Virus record (IMG/VR): IMGVR_UViG_3300026522_000028
Location: 12,181-76,180 of that record
Source: a virus
Taxonomy: Duplodnaviria > Caudoviricetes
Direction: 5' to 3' (one strand)
Length of the DNA stretch: 64,000 bases
Shown one piece after another: positions 9,766-21,400 of the stretch. The notes below the pieces were generated by a model. The model ran no database searches. It was not told the DNA's origin and saw nothing but the letters and a program-made list of their open reading frames with translations. Positions within the stretch are counted from its first letter, which is position 1. Each line of letters opens with the position of its first letter. The position numbers and the translations under genes were made by a program.

Positions 9766-12700
9766 TCACCACACCCCCAGCTTCACGCGGCAGATGTTGT
9801 TGTCATCGTAGACCTTGATGAGGTTGTCAGAGATTTCAACGCGAGCGCCGCTATCCTTTGTACGCAGCAGGCCGATCTTTGCCGTCAGCGCACTCAACTC
9901 ATCTACGCGGATGCGGCTGGCATCAATGGAACCAGCAGCGAGTTTGTCTGTGGAGATTGCCCCAGCCTGAATCATCTTGTCCGTGATGACATTATCATCG
10001 AACTTCGTCTTGCCTGTGACGTGCAGGTACTTGCCATCGATGGTCGTACCTGTGGATGTCATGTTAATCTGATTGATGACATCGCCCTTCTGAACACGAG
10101 CATTGATGCCATCTGCAAGCTGCGTGATCGATGAATACTTCGATGTCTTCGGGTCTTTGCCGAGCTCCGCGACAATCGACTGCACCATATCAGCGTTCTG
10201 CTTGACTTCCGACGCAAGGCCCTTGCGCGAATCCGTGACAGCGAAATCAATCTTGTTCGACAACTCCGTAATCTGCGATGCCGTCTGCGTTTTCACGTCG
10301 GCTACCTCGGAATGAATGGAGCTATCCGTCTTCGTGAGGTCGGCGATGTTCTGGTCGATCTTCGTGAATTTTGCCGCCGTATCTTGGACGCTCTTCAACG
10401 CATCCTTTGACAACGAATCGAACTTCGCCATGCTGATTGAGCCGTCCTCAATCCATTCTGGGTTGAACGTCGGCTTGATGACAACGCTGAAGATGTCCGA
10501 CAGATCGCCCTCGCCGAGCAGGTCGATGTATGCAGCGCGAACGTCGTAGATGTCTGGCTCCCCGTTGAACTGCAACACAGGATGCCGCAGCTCGAACCGC
10601 TGGGAGTACGATGCGCCCGTAAGATAGAACACGATGCGATGGACGCCAGATGGGAACGGAGGCGCGACAATGTTTACGCCGCGAGGTGTCTGCGAAACCG
10701 TGAGCTTATCGGGTGCTGGCGGCTTCGGATATTTGTATGCGACGATAGCAGGGAAGCTCGCTTTCTTGTGCCGATTGATTGCAAAGACATACACCTTGCC
10801 GACACGGGATGTCAGCGATACCGAGATGGACGTGTCAGGGGTTCGACCGAGAAGCCCATCGGAATTTCCGACCTGCTCATTGGTGCGAATCTCGTAGTAC
10901 AGAACGTCCGCGTCGGGAACGTCATCCCACTCAAAGTAGAAGCTGTTGCTGAAATCGTAACGGAGATTCTGTGGCTGCGACGGAACCGTGCTTCGTTCTG
11001 CGACGAGCACATAAATCGTAGGCGCGGTTGCGTCATCGGAAAGCATTCCTGAATCCGAGCGCGTCCGAACTTTGATTTCATATTCATCACCGAGGGAAAC
11101 GTTGCGAATCGTGAGGCGATGCGATGTTGTGCCAGCCTCTTTCCAAGGGACATAGAATCCCATCTTGTCCAACGCCACATCCGATGGGACATTGGAAACT
11201 TCCGCTGCACGAGCGTTGTTCTCGCGATAGTAGACGATGGCCTCGTTGATGTCGTAGCGTTCTGGGAGGTCGAAGGAAACAACGATGTCATAGCCTGTCT
11301 TGCCGTCTGCGTGGAGGCGGTACTGCGACCATGCTTCGAGGTTTTTGACCTGCGTCGGTTCGAGCTTCGCGAAGTTATCATCGCTATCCGTCGTGTAGTT
11401 GTACCAATGGATACCGCCGCCGAGGTCATCGTTATAGAGCTCGGGGTTGTACTGCCGACCTTCAATCTCGAAGTGTTCGTCCTCGGTTTCTTTGATTTGC
11501 GAGATGCGGATCGGCAGACCGTCGAACACGCCATGATAAGACACCGTAACCACATCGCCCGGCTCCAGATGCATTGCCTGAAGCCCCGTCTTGAATGAGA
11601 TGTTCAGCGGGCAGGCGAGGTTGTAGTCGCGGTAAAACCGTGCGAGGCGCAATGCCTGACTCTGCGACGTGACACCATTGAGCTGCACTTCCTTCGTCAC
11701 GATTTTCCCGCGCTGCTTCTGGTCGGCGAAGTCCTCACAGAGACACGAGACGCTTACCCAGTTGTTCAGCGGGTCGATGATTTTGATACTGTAGCGGTTC
11801 GGCGTCTCCGACAGTTTCAGCGGAGCAATCGAAATATCCGAGCAGTTGGAGTCATTGAATTTGTACGACACAGGCGTGCGCTGCTCCACCTTCAGCTTCA
11901 GCTTGCCATCGGACATCGTAAGATAGCCTGCGAAGTTCGCGAGGATTTCCTGAATCCAGTTGATGCCCGATGCCGACTGGTCGATTACCATGTTCAACTC
12001 ATAGCGCTTTGCTTTCACGACAACGTTATCGGAATTGTGGAACTCAATGACTTCATCGCAGTAGTCCGCAGATTCAATCCACGAGTCTTTGTCGATGTCA
12101 TCCATCGTAATCCACTTGCCGAGGCCGAAACGTTTGTTCGTGAGGAAATCGAGGAGGCACATCGCCGGGTTCGTCGAATACTCCGTCTTGCCCGTGCGGA
12201 GGTCGTAGACCTTTCTGCCTTTGACAATGGCAGAGACATTCGGATTGCCATTGAGCTCTTGGTTGACCGAGAAATGCATATCGAGCCATGCCAGCCCCGG
12301 ATAGCCGCCGACCTCCGTGTAGTTATCGGGAGCTTCGCAGTCGTGGAACTGGTAGGTCGTGCCGCCAGTCACCGTATCAGCCATGACCCTCAGCGGATTG
12401 TTATAGCAGTTGCCGCCGTCCATCCGAAGATCGCCTGGATACTTCGCGCTGGCGGCAGTCGGAAACGCTTCCCATCCATCGTGCATACGGTTGATGTACG
12501 AGATGAGTGACGTGGTATTGACCTGCCACTCATAGAAGCTCTCGTTCTTCTGCGCGTCATCCTTGTTGCAGAGATACACGTCGTGGTTGTTGCCGTTCGC
12601 CGACAGATGCAGATGCTTGTCCGTGATGTCAACGTGGGCGTTTTTATCGAGGCGGTTCTGAATGGTGAACACCGCACCCTCCGATTGATTACCTGTGGGA

Positions 12701-13182
12701 ACCATGAGATCGTTCGCCGTGACCGACGTGACACCTTCGATGCCACCTTCGCAGAGAACGACGTGCTTGTGGAGCTCATTGGCTTCCGCGTTCGTCCAAT
12801 GATATGTCTGGTTGCCAGAGATTTTTCTCATGCCGTACACGACAGGAATCTGCGCCGTCGTTGACATCGTTTCCTGTGCGCGGTCGAATCGCTGGACATC
12901 TGGTGAGCCGACGTTGCCCATATCCATATTGAAGCTCTTCTGATGCGTTGCCGTCCAGATGCTACCGCCGAGGGATGCACCGAGGATCGCACCAGCCCAG
13001 CAACCTACATGGAACAACGGAGCAGCCCAGATAAATCCGATAGCACCAAACAGGATGCTTGCAAAGATTTTTCCTCGGGACTTGCCACCGCCGCCACCGC
13101 CGAATCGTTGCAGGTCGAAGTCGAACCGCTGTTGCGACAGGACGCTTCTCGCGGCGAGTTCCTTCTGTAATTCTTCGTTCAT
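9766..13182 (-). CDS. Tail tip / host specificity protein J-like
   Basis: IPVVYGMRKISG, YPGLAWL, YSTNPAMCLLDFL, FN3-like segments, C-terminal LRTKDSGARVEISDNLIKVYD..RVKLGVW. Confidence 0.9.
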   Translation of the reverse strand: MNEELQKELAARSVLSQQRFDFDLQRFGGGGGGKSRGKIFASILFGAIGFIWAAPLFHVGCWAGAILGASLGGSIWTATHQKSFNMDMGNVGSPDVQRFDRAQETMSTTAQIPVVYGMRKISGNQTYHWTNAEANELHKHVVLCEGGIEGVTSVTANDLMVPTGNQSEGAVFTIQNRLDKNAHVDITDKHLHLSANGNNHDVYLCNKDDAQKNESFYEWQVNTTSLISYINRMHDGWEAFPTAASAKYPGDLRMDGGNCYNNPLRVMADTVTGGTTYQFHDCEAPDNYTEVGGYPGLAWLDMHFSVNQELNGNPNVSAIVKGRKVYDLRTGKTEYSTNPAMCLLDFLTNKRFGLGKWITMDDIDKDSWIESADYCDEVIEFHNSDNVVVKAKRYELNMVIDQSASGINWIQEILANFAGYLTMSDGKLKLKVEQRTPVSYKFNDSNCSDISIAPLKLSETPNRYSIKIIDPLNNWVSVSCLCEDFADQKQRGKIVTKEVQLNGVTSQSQALRLARFYRDYNLACPLNISFKTGLQAMHLEPGDVVTVSYHGVFDGLPIRISQIKETEDEHFEIEGRQYNPELYNDDLGGGIHWYNYTTDSDDNFAKLEPTQVKNLEAWSQYRLHADGKTGYDIVVSFDLPERYDINEAIVYYRENNARAAEVSNVPSDVALDKMGFYVPWKEAGTTSHRLTIRNVSLGDEYEIKVRTRSDSGMLSDDATAPTIYVLVAERSTVPSQPQNLRYDFSNSFYFEWDDVPDADVLYYEIRTNEQVGNSDGLLGRTPDTSISVSLTSRVGKVYVFAINRHKKASFPAIVAYKYPKPPAPDKLTVSQTPRGVNIVAPPFPSGVHRIVFYLTGASYSQRFELRHPVLQFNGEPDIYDVRAAYIDLLGEGDLSDIFSVVIKPTFNPEWIEDGSISMAKFDSLSKDALKSVQDTAAKFTKIDQNIADLTKTDSSIHSEVADVKTQTASQITELSNKIDFAVTDSRKGLASEVKQNADMVQSIVAELGKDPKTSKYSSITQLADGINARVQKGDVINQINMTSTGTTIDGKYLHVTGKTKFDDNVITDKMIQAGAISTDKLAAGSIDASRIRVDELSALTAKIGLLRTKDSGARVEISDNLIKVYDDNNICRVKLGVW

Positions 13183-13191
13183 ATCGTCACC

Positions 13192-13989
13192 TCATCTATA
13201 CACACTTTCAAACGGAATCGCAGGGAATCCGCCGTAATGCTCCATGTTGTTGTAGCTCTGACACATCTTCGCCGTCTTGTTGCAACCACGCACCAGCGTC
13301 GCCGAATGATTCGTGAGATTTTGCTGCGCGAACCCGACGATGACCGTCACGTACTGGCCGCTGGACTTCGAGATCACACGGGATTCACCGCCAATCGTGA
13401 TAACGCCGTCCTTCCAGTAATCCGTGCCATGCGATGTATTGAGCTTGATGTTTACGCCATCGCCGCCGAGCACCTGCGTGACTTCCTTTGCTAAATCCAT
13501 GCCACACTCTGCGTCACCGAACTCGCTATTGCAGGCGAGGCGGTAGTTGCGGTTCGGACAATCGACTTCCGGCAGACGCGACGTGAGCTTGCAGTTGAAC
13601 GTGCCATCGGAGAACGACGGCTCGTCAATGATGCCAGAGAAAATCCATTGTGCGATGTTCGGGTCTTCAAGGGAGTCAGGGTACTGGATGCGAACAATCG
13701 TTGCCGCGCACCCTCGGAAGTCGAAGCCGTTCAGCACGAACTTCAGCAGGTCGAACGAGCAATCGCCGAGGGAGATTTCGCAGGAGTCCACGATGTTGTC
13801 CGTGGTCTTCGTGATCTCCCCGCGCTGAAACGGTACGCCCGTGTATGTCTTGCCATCGTAGACAATGCTTTCATCGCAAGCGGCTAGGCGCATAACGCCC
13901 GTCCGCAGCGTAATCGTGTAGAGCTCGATGAAGAACGGGTTCATCGAATCCTTTGCATTCCGCATCGAGACTGGGAGTACAACACTCAT
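13192..13989 (-). CDS. Tail tip protein L-like (DUF2163 family)
   Basis: C-terminal Cys motif CNSEFGDAEC...RGCNKTAKMC..YNNMEHYGGFPAIP. Confidence 0.85.
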   Translation of the reverse strand: MSVVLPVSMRNAKDSMNPFFIELYTITLRTGVMRLAACDESIVYDGKTYTGVPFQRGEITKTTDNIVDSCEISLGDCSFDLLKFVLNGFDFRGCAATIVRIQYPDSLEDPNIAQWIFSGIIDEPSFSDGTFNCKLTSRLPEVDCPNRNYRLACNSEFGDAECGMDLAKEVTQVLGGDGVNIKLNTSHGTDYWKDGVITIGGESRVISKSSGQYVTVIVGFAQQNLTNHSATLVRGCNKTAKMCQSYNNMEHYGGFPAIPFESVYR

Positions 13990-14408
13990 TTCTCTTTCCT
14001 CCTAAACGCATACTTGAAAACCTTCGTCCACCACGGGCGCGTGTAGATCGTCGATTCACTCACGCCGTAGACCGTGGGAATCTCCATGCCGAGTACCTTG
14101 CCATAACCGACGTAGATGCCCATGTGCTCATGAAGATTGACCTCCATGATGATAATGTCTCCGAACTGCAAGTCATCGTAGTCAACGCGGTCGAAGTTCT
14201 TGAGCATGAATCGATAGAGCCGACGCCACATGCGCGGCTGCATGTAATTTTCTTCTGTGACAGGCTCGGTTTTGCCGTCGTCCCATACGGGCTTCCAGCC
14301 GTGTTCCCGATAGAACAACTGCACGAGCCCGAAGCAATCACACTTTTCAAAAGACGATTCGCCAAAGTAATGTTTGATTCCAACGTATTTGCTGATGTCT
14401 TCCATCAA
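13986..14408 (-). CDS. NlpC/P60 tail assembly protein K-like
   Basis: KCDCFGLVQLFY and HMGIYVGYGKVL. Confidence 0.85.
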   Translation of the reverse strand: MMEDISKYVGIKHYFGESSFEKCDCFGLVQLFYREHGWKPVWDDGKTEPVTEENYMQPRMWRRLYRFMLKNFDRVDYDDLQFGDIIIMEVNLHEHMGIYVGYGKVLGMEIPTVYGVSESTIYTRPWWTKVFKYAFRRKEK

Positions 14409-15106
14409 TCGACCACCTCCAAGTCAAGACTGCACTCGAAGCCGACCACGTTGCCAGCTTCGAGATGGTCTGTGATTTCCAATTTATCTGGCAGGGAGAC
14501 ATGCAGCGTCTCCCCATTGTTCTTGTATGTCAGCGGCGTCCGACAATGCGCGTTGAACATGCGGATAATTTTATCGCGGTCATCACGCAACCCTGCGAAC
14601 TTCGCTGCGATCTTCCGTGCTGGCTTCGCCCGCTTCTGGAAGTATCCCGTGTTCGCGCCGAGTTCCACCTTGCCAGTCTTCCAATCGTATGTTTCCTCCG
14701 TTTCCCCGAGGGGAACAGGGAGCGTGTCTTCGAGCTTCGGTGTGCCGTAGTCGTTCTTTGACTGATCGACCTCCAGCGTAATCTGACAGGTGAACGTCAC
14801 GATGCGACCGTTCTCTCGGTAGCACTTCGGGACAATCGCAGAACCGAAGCGAACCTCCTCGGCGTTCCCATCGTAGCGGAACAGGAACTTATTCTCGATG
14901 CCGCGATGGGCATTGTAAAAATCGAGGAACCGTTTGAAGTTCAAAGAATAATCTGCCATGCCGCCGATGTTGAACGAGTAGGTCTTCTTCGCATGGATAC
15001 GCTTGCGGACGTACTGCTTGCTGCCATCGTCGAACTCTGTTTCCTTGCTGCCCCAGTTATAGGAAATCTTTACGTCTCCAACGGGAGCAAAGGGAAATAT
15101 CTCCAT
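14405..15106 (-). CDS. Distal tail protein with internally duplicated domain
   Basis: Start MEIFPF after GGAGG; two similar ~115-aa halves. Confidence 0.7.
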   Translation of the reverse strand: MEIFPFAPVGDVKISYNWGSKETEFDDGSKQYVRKRIHAKKTYSFNIGGMADYSLNFKRFLDFYNAHRGIENKFLFRYDGNAEEVRFGSAIVPKCYRENGRIVTFTCQITLEVDQSKNDYGTPKLEDTLPVPLGETEETYDWKTGKVELGANTGYFQKRAKPARKIAAKFAGLRDDRDKIIRMFNAHCRTPLTYKNNGETLHVSLPDKLEITDHLEAGNVVGFECSLDLEVVD

Positions 15107-15255
15107 AGCCTTGCACCTCCATAGATATACAATGATAGTCTTTGGCCCCCTACCCCATAACTTAGCTATGCCAAGGTGTACTAAACCTTCCTCGGAAAAG
15201 GAAAAGGAGCATGGCTCCCAAAAGGAAAAGGACACAGGGAATTGCACCCCTCATG

Positions 15256-15310
15256 CGTAATGTAAAAAATCGGGGGTCTTTGCAACCCTATTGACACTAA
15301 GTTTAATCAA
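15256..15310 (-). promoter_or_regulatory. Putative late promoter, copy 1
   Basis: TTGCAA-N17-CATTAC with upstream TTGATTAAACTT; near-identical to 34952-35003. Confidence 0.65.
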
Positions 15311-15421
15311 AAAATAATCAGAGCTATGCACCGATGTCCATTTTTGGATACCAAACGCCGTGCAATGCTCCCAGCGTTCTCCCTGAACGCATTCGATGTT
15401 CAATGTGGAACATTTATCGCA

Positions 15422-15460
15422 GAAACAAAAATAGAGGCTCTAGGACGAACCTAGAGCCTC
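15422..15460 (-). terminator. Intrinsic terminator after the tape measure gene
   Basis: GAGGCTCTAGG-TTCGT-CCTAGAGCCTC followed by TATTTTTGTTTC. Confidence 0.85.
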
Positions 15461-15467
15461 ACAATCA

Positions 15468-18400
15468 TCATCTGAATCCATAGTGCCGCTGGCGTCCAAG
15501 GATGGCCTGCACCGCCCTCGGATTTTCGGCGAGCGCTTTCATAACATCGTCGCTCGATGCGTGCGTATTGAGGATAACGACACCGCCGCCATTGCCTCTA
15601 TCGCCGCCCATCTTCTTGATGGTATTCGTCTGGTCTACCATCAGTTCCTCCAAGCGTTTGTTGGAGTTCTCGTGGGTAAGACTCTGCGCTTTCTTCGTAG
15701 CAATCGGAGAGAGCTGCGGGACATACGGCGTCGGACTGATTGCCCCACCAGCGGCGTACTTGCCGTAGTTCATCTGGTCGAGCTGGTCTTTGCCAATGCG
15801 CTTCGTCGCCTCGGCAGTCATCACGTACTCACCATTGGAGAGGTACACGAACTTGTCCTTGTTCGCGAGGTATGCAAGGATGCTATCGGACGTACCCGTG
15901 CCAGCACCACGGATTGCACCGCCAGCCTGACCGCCGCCAGCGTATCCGATGATACCACCCGTTGCTTTCTTATCGACGGAGCCACCGTTTGCATGGTGGC
16001 CGAACAATCCGCCGATCCACGGATCGAGCCAGCGATTCATCAGGATATTCAATGCAAGCTGTCCGATGCTCTTCCACAGATTCTTGAACGAATCAGCGAA
16101 GGATTTTCCTTCGAGGAGCACATCGGAAAACATCGTATGGAACCCATTCGTAATCGTAGTCTGGAGCTGCCGAGCAGAATCGTTGATGACATCATCGCAC
16201 TTCTTCGTCTCCGTAGCTACATTGTGAAGCTCCGTGATGGTGTTGCGCATCGTGACATTACCAAGGTTCTTCGTCTGCTCAATGCTTTCGTCGATGTCTT
16301 GGAGATGTTCTTTCTCCGTGTTGAGCTGGTTATTGATTTCATCGCGCTTACGAATAACAGCGTTCAATTCCTCAATCTCAGCTGGATTTCCTTTGGCTTG
16401 CAACTCCTTGACCTTTGCGTCCTGTTTATCATACTCTGCCTGTACTGCATTTACGCTCTTCTGTGCGACAATCCTGTCGTTCCCCATCGTCACTAAGTCT
16501 TCGTCGGTCTGTTTCATCGCGGCCACAAGGTTCTCGTTGAGCTTCTTCTTGTAGTTATCGAGGATTTCCTTCTTCGCTTTCGCAGCCTCCTCATTGGCTT
16601 TGTACTGGGGCATACGGTTATCCATCGTCTGTTCGTTGTAGTAATTGTCAACCTCGGACATCTGCGTCTTTACGTAGTCGCTCTGCGTCATGTGGCCGAC
16701 AACATCAGCGTAATTCCCACGGGCTTTCAGAGAAGCGGTGAATGCCTCGTCGTATCCAGCTTTCGCCATCTGGTTATTTTTGACGGCCTGCTGCAAGTCC
16801 TTCGAGTTCTGCGCTTTCGACGCAAGCTCGTTCTGCGATTCGTCCGACAGTTTGCCAAAGTCCGTATTGCCGATAGCCGCAAGGACATCATTGTGCTTGC
16901 CATCGTGGAGCGTTGCCCACAGATCATTGTTCGTCTTCGTCTTCGCGGCTTTCCAAAAGTCCACGTTCTGCGTAGTCTGCGCGACCTGCACTCTGGCATC
17001 TTTGAATGCATCGGCATGCTGTTGCGGATCGAGGTTGCCACGAATCTTCTGCCCGAACTCAATGACGGCCTGCGTTGTCTCGTGGAGCTTCTTTGCCAAC
17101 TGGTCGAACTGACGCTTCAATTCGATGCCGCTCTTGTTCCACGAATACAATCCCTTCTGCGTTCCTTTCCATGCGTCAACAATCTGAACACCAGCGCCTT
17201 TGACAGAGATGCCAGCCGCGCTGAAATCAGCGGAAGCCGCCTTTGCTGTCTGCGAGAAATCAGCGGCAGCACCGCCAGCATCACTGACATGGTAGTTGTC
17301 ACCTGTGGTTTTACCCGTCCAGTTTGCGCGGTCGTATTCGTCGTAAACACGGAGCCCGTGAGCCTCGGCCCATTCTGTCATCTTTCCACGGAAATCTGCA
17401 TCGTAGAAAAGGTCGGATACAAGGTCAGCCGCCTTGCCAGCAGCATGGTTCGGGTCATCGTGACTGCCGCCAGTCGTTGACGTTACCTCGAAGTCCTTGT
17501 CGCTTCCAGCGAGAATCTGCGCGGCGCGAAGGAAGTGTTCATGGAACATCGCAAGCTTCGTAAGGAACTCTGGATCGAGAGCATCGGAGTCATCCCATTT
17601 GATGTCATAGTTCGCACCGAGAACTCCTGTCGGCGTAGCGTCGATGTCACCCGTGGTATTCACAGGAGCAGCAGCTTTCCTGTTTCCCTCATTGGCATAC
17701 ATGTCGATGTTGCGGGCATAATCGTCCTGATTGGCATCGTGGTTCCATCCATCGGATGCGATGTTACCATTGTCATCTAAGTCGATAAGGTTTACAAACT
17801 CTGTTGCCGTTGGTGCGCGGAGAGCCCGTGCTCTTTTACCATCGACACCATCGGCATAGTATTCGTAGGCATAGGCTTTTTCAAAGTCTTCATCCGACGC
17901 GTACTGATGCCATGGGCCGATGCCAGCATAGTTGTGGTACTGCTGCTGCTGTGCACCGTACCCACCTTCGGCCATCATCTGTCCATAGAGGAAGTCAGAG
18001 TTGACCTGCGCCCCGCCGAGATGTTCGGAGATGATGGCGGCGGTTTCGTCAGCAATCTTACGAAGCTCTGGCGATGTGTAGCCGCCGTTCTCGTAGTCAT
18101 GAGAGTTCGCAACGTAGCCGCTGCTTACCTTGTGATTGTTCTCGTCATCGAAGTCATCGCCGTTCTTCGGAGCGCGGGTGCTGAAATCATAGCCAGCAAA
18201 TGATGTTCCCTTGTCGCCCTTGGTGAGATGCGTGGTATATGCGTCGAGCTGCCCACGGATGTCTGCGTTCGGGTAGAGTGCCGCAAGGACATCAATCGCA
18301 GACATCCCCGGCTGCTTGCGGTCGTAGTATTTCTGCCCAAGGAGGAACGCAGAACGCATCGGATTCTCGCCGCCTGTCTGGAATGGGTCGGTGAGTCCTT

Positions 18401-21400
18401 CGAGGCTTCCCTTGTCAATACCACCGAGTCCATTGGCAATCTTCACGAGAGCCAGCATCGTCGCGGTGTCTACGCCTTCCTCGCTCAGATAGTGACCGAG
18501 GTTGAACGAAGCCTGCGCCGTCTCCGTGTCGTACTCGTAGATTTCCTTGTCATCCTTCGGAGTGTGCGGCGTCTTTCCCTTCGGCGTTCTGGAGTTTGTA
18601 TAGTTGTTCGGGTCTTGGTATCCGTTGTCGTGCGACGTTGCGATACCATCGGTTTCATCGTCGCCAGTGATGAGCGCAGCAGCAGCATCGGAGTCACCAG
18701 CCATTTTTTCGAGGTTAGCGGCTTCACCCTCTCTGTCATCGTTGACATCTTCAAGCGTAGCCGTGTAATCGCCAATAGCAGCAGCAGCTCCGTCAATAAT
18801 AGATTCAGCGTCATGCTGAGAACCACCGTGTTCACTAATCATGTGGACAGCGTTCTCGTTGTCCTCAAGACCTTCCTCACGAAGTCTCGCCGCTTCAGCC
18901 CTTGCTGCGTCTGGGCCACCAATGCCGTCGATACGACTATCGCGTGCAAATCCAAACCAACCAAGGAAACTCTTGTCGCCAGCCTTGTCTCCATAGGAGT
19001 TTGCAAGGTCTTCCAGTTCTGCGGCTTCTTTGATTTTGAAATTGCCGACGGCAGCTTTGAAGCCTGCGATGAGCGACCAGAGAGCACCATAGGCTGTAGC
19101 AACCTGTTTGCACGACTGCGCTTCTTTCTTCATGTTGTCGATGCGCGTCCTTGCATTCTTCACGGACTCATGGGTTGCCGATACATCAGCACGGATTTTC
19201 CGAGCTTCCGATCGCATCTGCTGCGCGTCCTGCTTCAGCTGCTCCGTAGACTTTCCACGGTTAGCAGCGGCAACAGCTTTGATAGTCTGGATATTCATCT
19301 TGCCGTTCTCATCGAACTGCACGGCGCTCCTACCAAGGATTTCGCTTACGGTCTGCTCAATCTCTCCCTGATGCTGCTTTGCTTTCGTTGCCTCCTCAGT
19401 GGTCAGCGTGCCGCTCTTGATTTTATCTTCGAGAGCATTGTACTGCTTCGCAAGTTTTTCAGCGGCCTGCCCCTGTCTATCAGCGAGTTCCGCTTCCTCC
19501 TGTGCAGAAGCAATGCGCTGATCCATCGCGTCCTTCAGTTCCTTCTCTGCATTCGCGGCTTCACCAGCGGCTTCAGCCGAGGAGAGATAGAGCGGAACGA
19601 GAACAGTCGCAGCTGTAATTACAAGACCAATCGGGCCACCGAATGCCGCGAGAGCAACATTGGCTACGCGCTGTGCCGTCGCAAGAGCAGAGACACCTGC
19701 CGCCGCAACTCTGGAACGCACACCGAGCGTTCCAGCGGCAAGACCTGCGGCTCTTTCGGAAGCCGCGTTCGCCGTGTTTGCTCCTGCCGCACTACGAGCC
19801 GCCGCAGCTTCAACGGTTTCTGCCGCCGCAGCACTACGGCTGGCCGCTGCATTCCCAGCTTTAGTCGCCGTGTCCCTTGCAGTAGCCGATGCATTCGCAT
19901 TCTCGGCAGCGGTTTCACGGGTCTTCGATGCAGTCTCGTTGTTCGTCGCGCCAGATGCCGCAGTTGTAGCCGCAGTATTCCCGCGCTTCTGATTCGAGTT
20001 GTTCGCCGTAGCACCAGAGTTTGCGTTCTCTGCGGCAGTCTCCCTAGCTTTCGATGCGGACTCGCCGTTCGTAACGTCGATAATCGCCTGATCCGTTGCG
20101 GCCTTGCCAGCACCATAGACAGACCCACGAGCACGCTGGGCTTTGCGATAGTTGTCCCAGACGGTCATCCCAGAGCCACCTGCGGCTTGCGCGTTCTCCG
20201 ATGCATGATAAGCACCAACGGCACGCTCGTAAGCACCAACGGCCCTACGCAGTACAAGGTATGCCGTGCCGAGTCCCATGATAACGTCGATGTATTTCTT
20301 GACGTGGTTCTGACCGTCAGCGAAGGATTCATTGAGTTTGTTGATACCGACGATTACATTGTCAATCGTGTTCAACAGATATTTGATTTCATTGAGTCCG
20401 CCACCTTGCCCGATTGCCGCAACGGATTGCGTCATGTCTTCTTTGATCTTCTGGAACTTACGGCTGATGGTATCCATCTGGACTGCGACCTGCTGATCGG
20501 TGAACCCCTTCGTGTTGCCGTCGTTGAGCAATCCCTGCATACGAAGGAGTTCCTTATAGTTCTTCAGAATTGCGGACACCTTCGAATACTGATAGCGACC
20601 ACCAGAGAGGACGGAGATCAATTTCTGCGTGTCTGTGGTTGTCGTGGATACCAACAAGGAGACATCCATGATGACATCTTCCATCGAGCGCATGTGCTTC
20701 TTGCCATCTTCGCCGACCTCGGTCAACTCAATGCCCCATTGCTTCAATGCTTTCGCCGCTTTATCGGACTGCATAGAAACCATCATCGATTTAATCGACT
20801 GACCGATTTCATTACCACTGCGTGCCGTTGCACGAACGCCAGTTTCAACGAGTGCGTTGAAGAAGTCGAAGGAGACGCCAGCCTGTGCCGCAGCAGTACC
20901 AGCGTTCTCGATAGCTTCGCCGATGTCCTGTGCCGATGCAGCACCGTTATGTGCTGTGCGTGTCCAGATGTCAAGGATGTACTGCGAGTTACGCATAAGT
21001 TTCGTCGAATCGTTCGTCTGCAAGTTCCACTGGGACATCGCTGCCTCCAAACCTTTGACGGCGTTCAGCATCGGGAATGCATCGGCAACAGACATCTTCG
21101 CTGCTTGCGCCGTGAAAATCTCCGTGTTCTTTACGCCGTTCTCGCCCTGACCATACATACGACCAATGCTTCTCGCAGCGTCCATGACTTCGTTGGTAGC
21201 GACACCGTACTTCGATGCAATACCGATGAAGTCCGTCATGGCTTGGTTCATACGCTTCTGTTCCTCAGCAAACTTCGCCGTTCCAGCTTCGTTCGGGTTG
21301 GCTTCCATCTGCGGGATGACCTGACGAATCGAAGCCATCTGCTGATCGAGCTCTGCAATCTGCGAAAGGATACCAGCGGGAATCGTGAGCGTTGCACCAA

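Noticed and set aside
1214-13182. Diversity-generating retroelement acting on fibre genes
   Set aside because: No reverse transcriptase and no TR/VR pair differing at adenines in the window; the repeats are collagen-type coding repeats.
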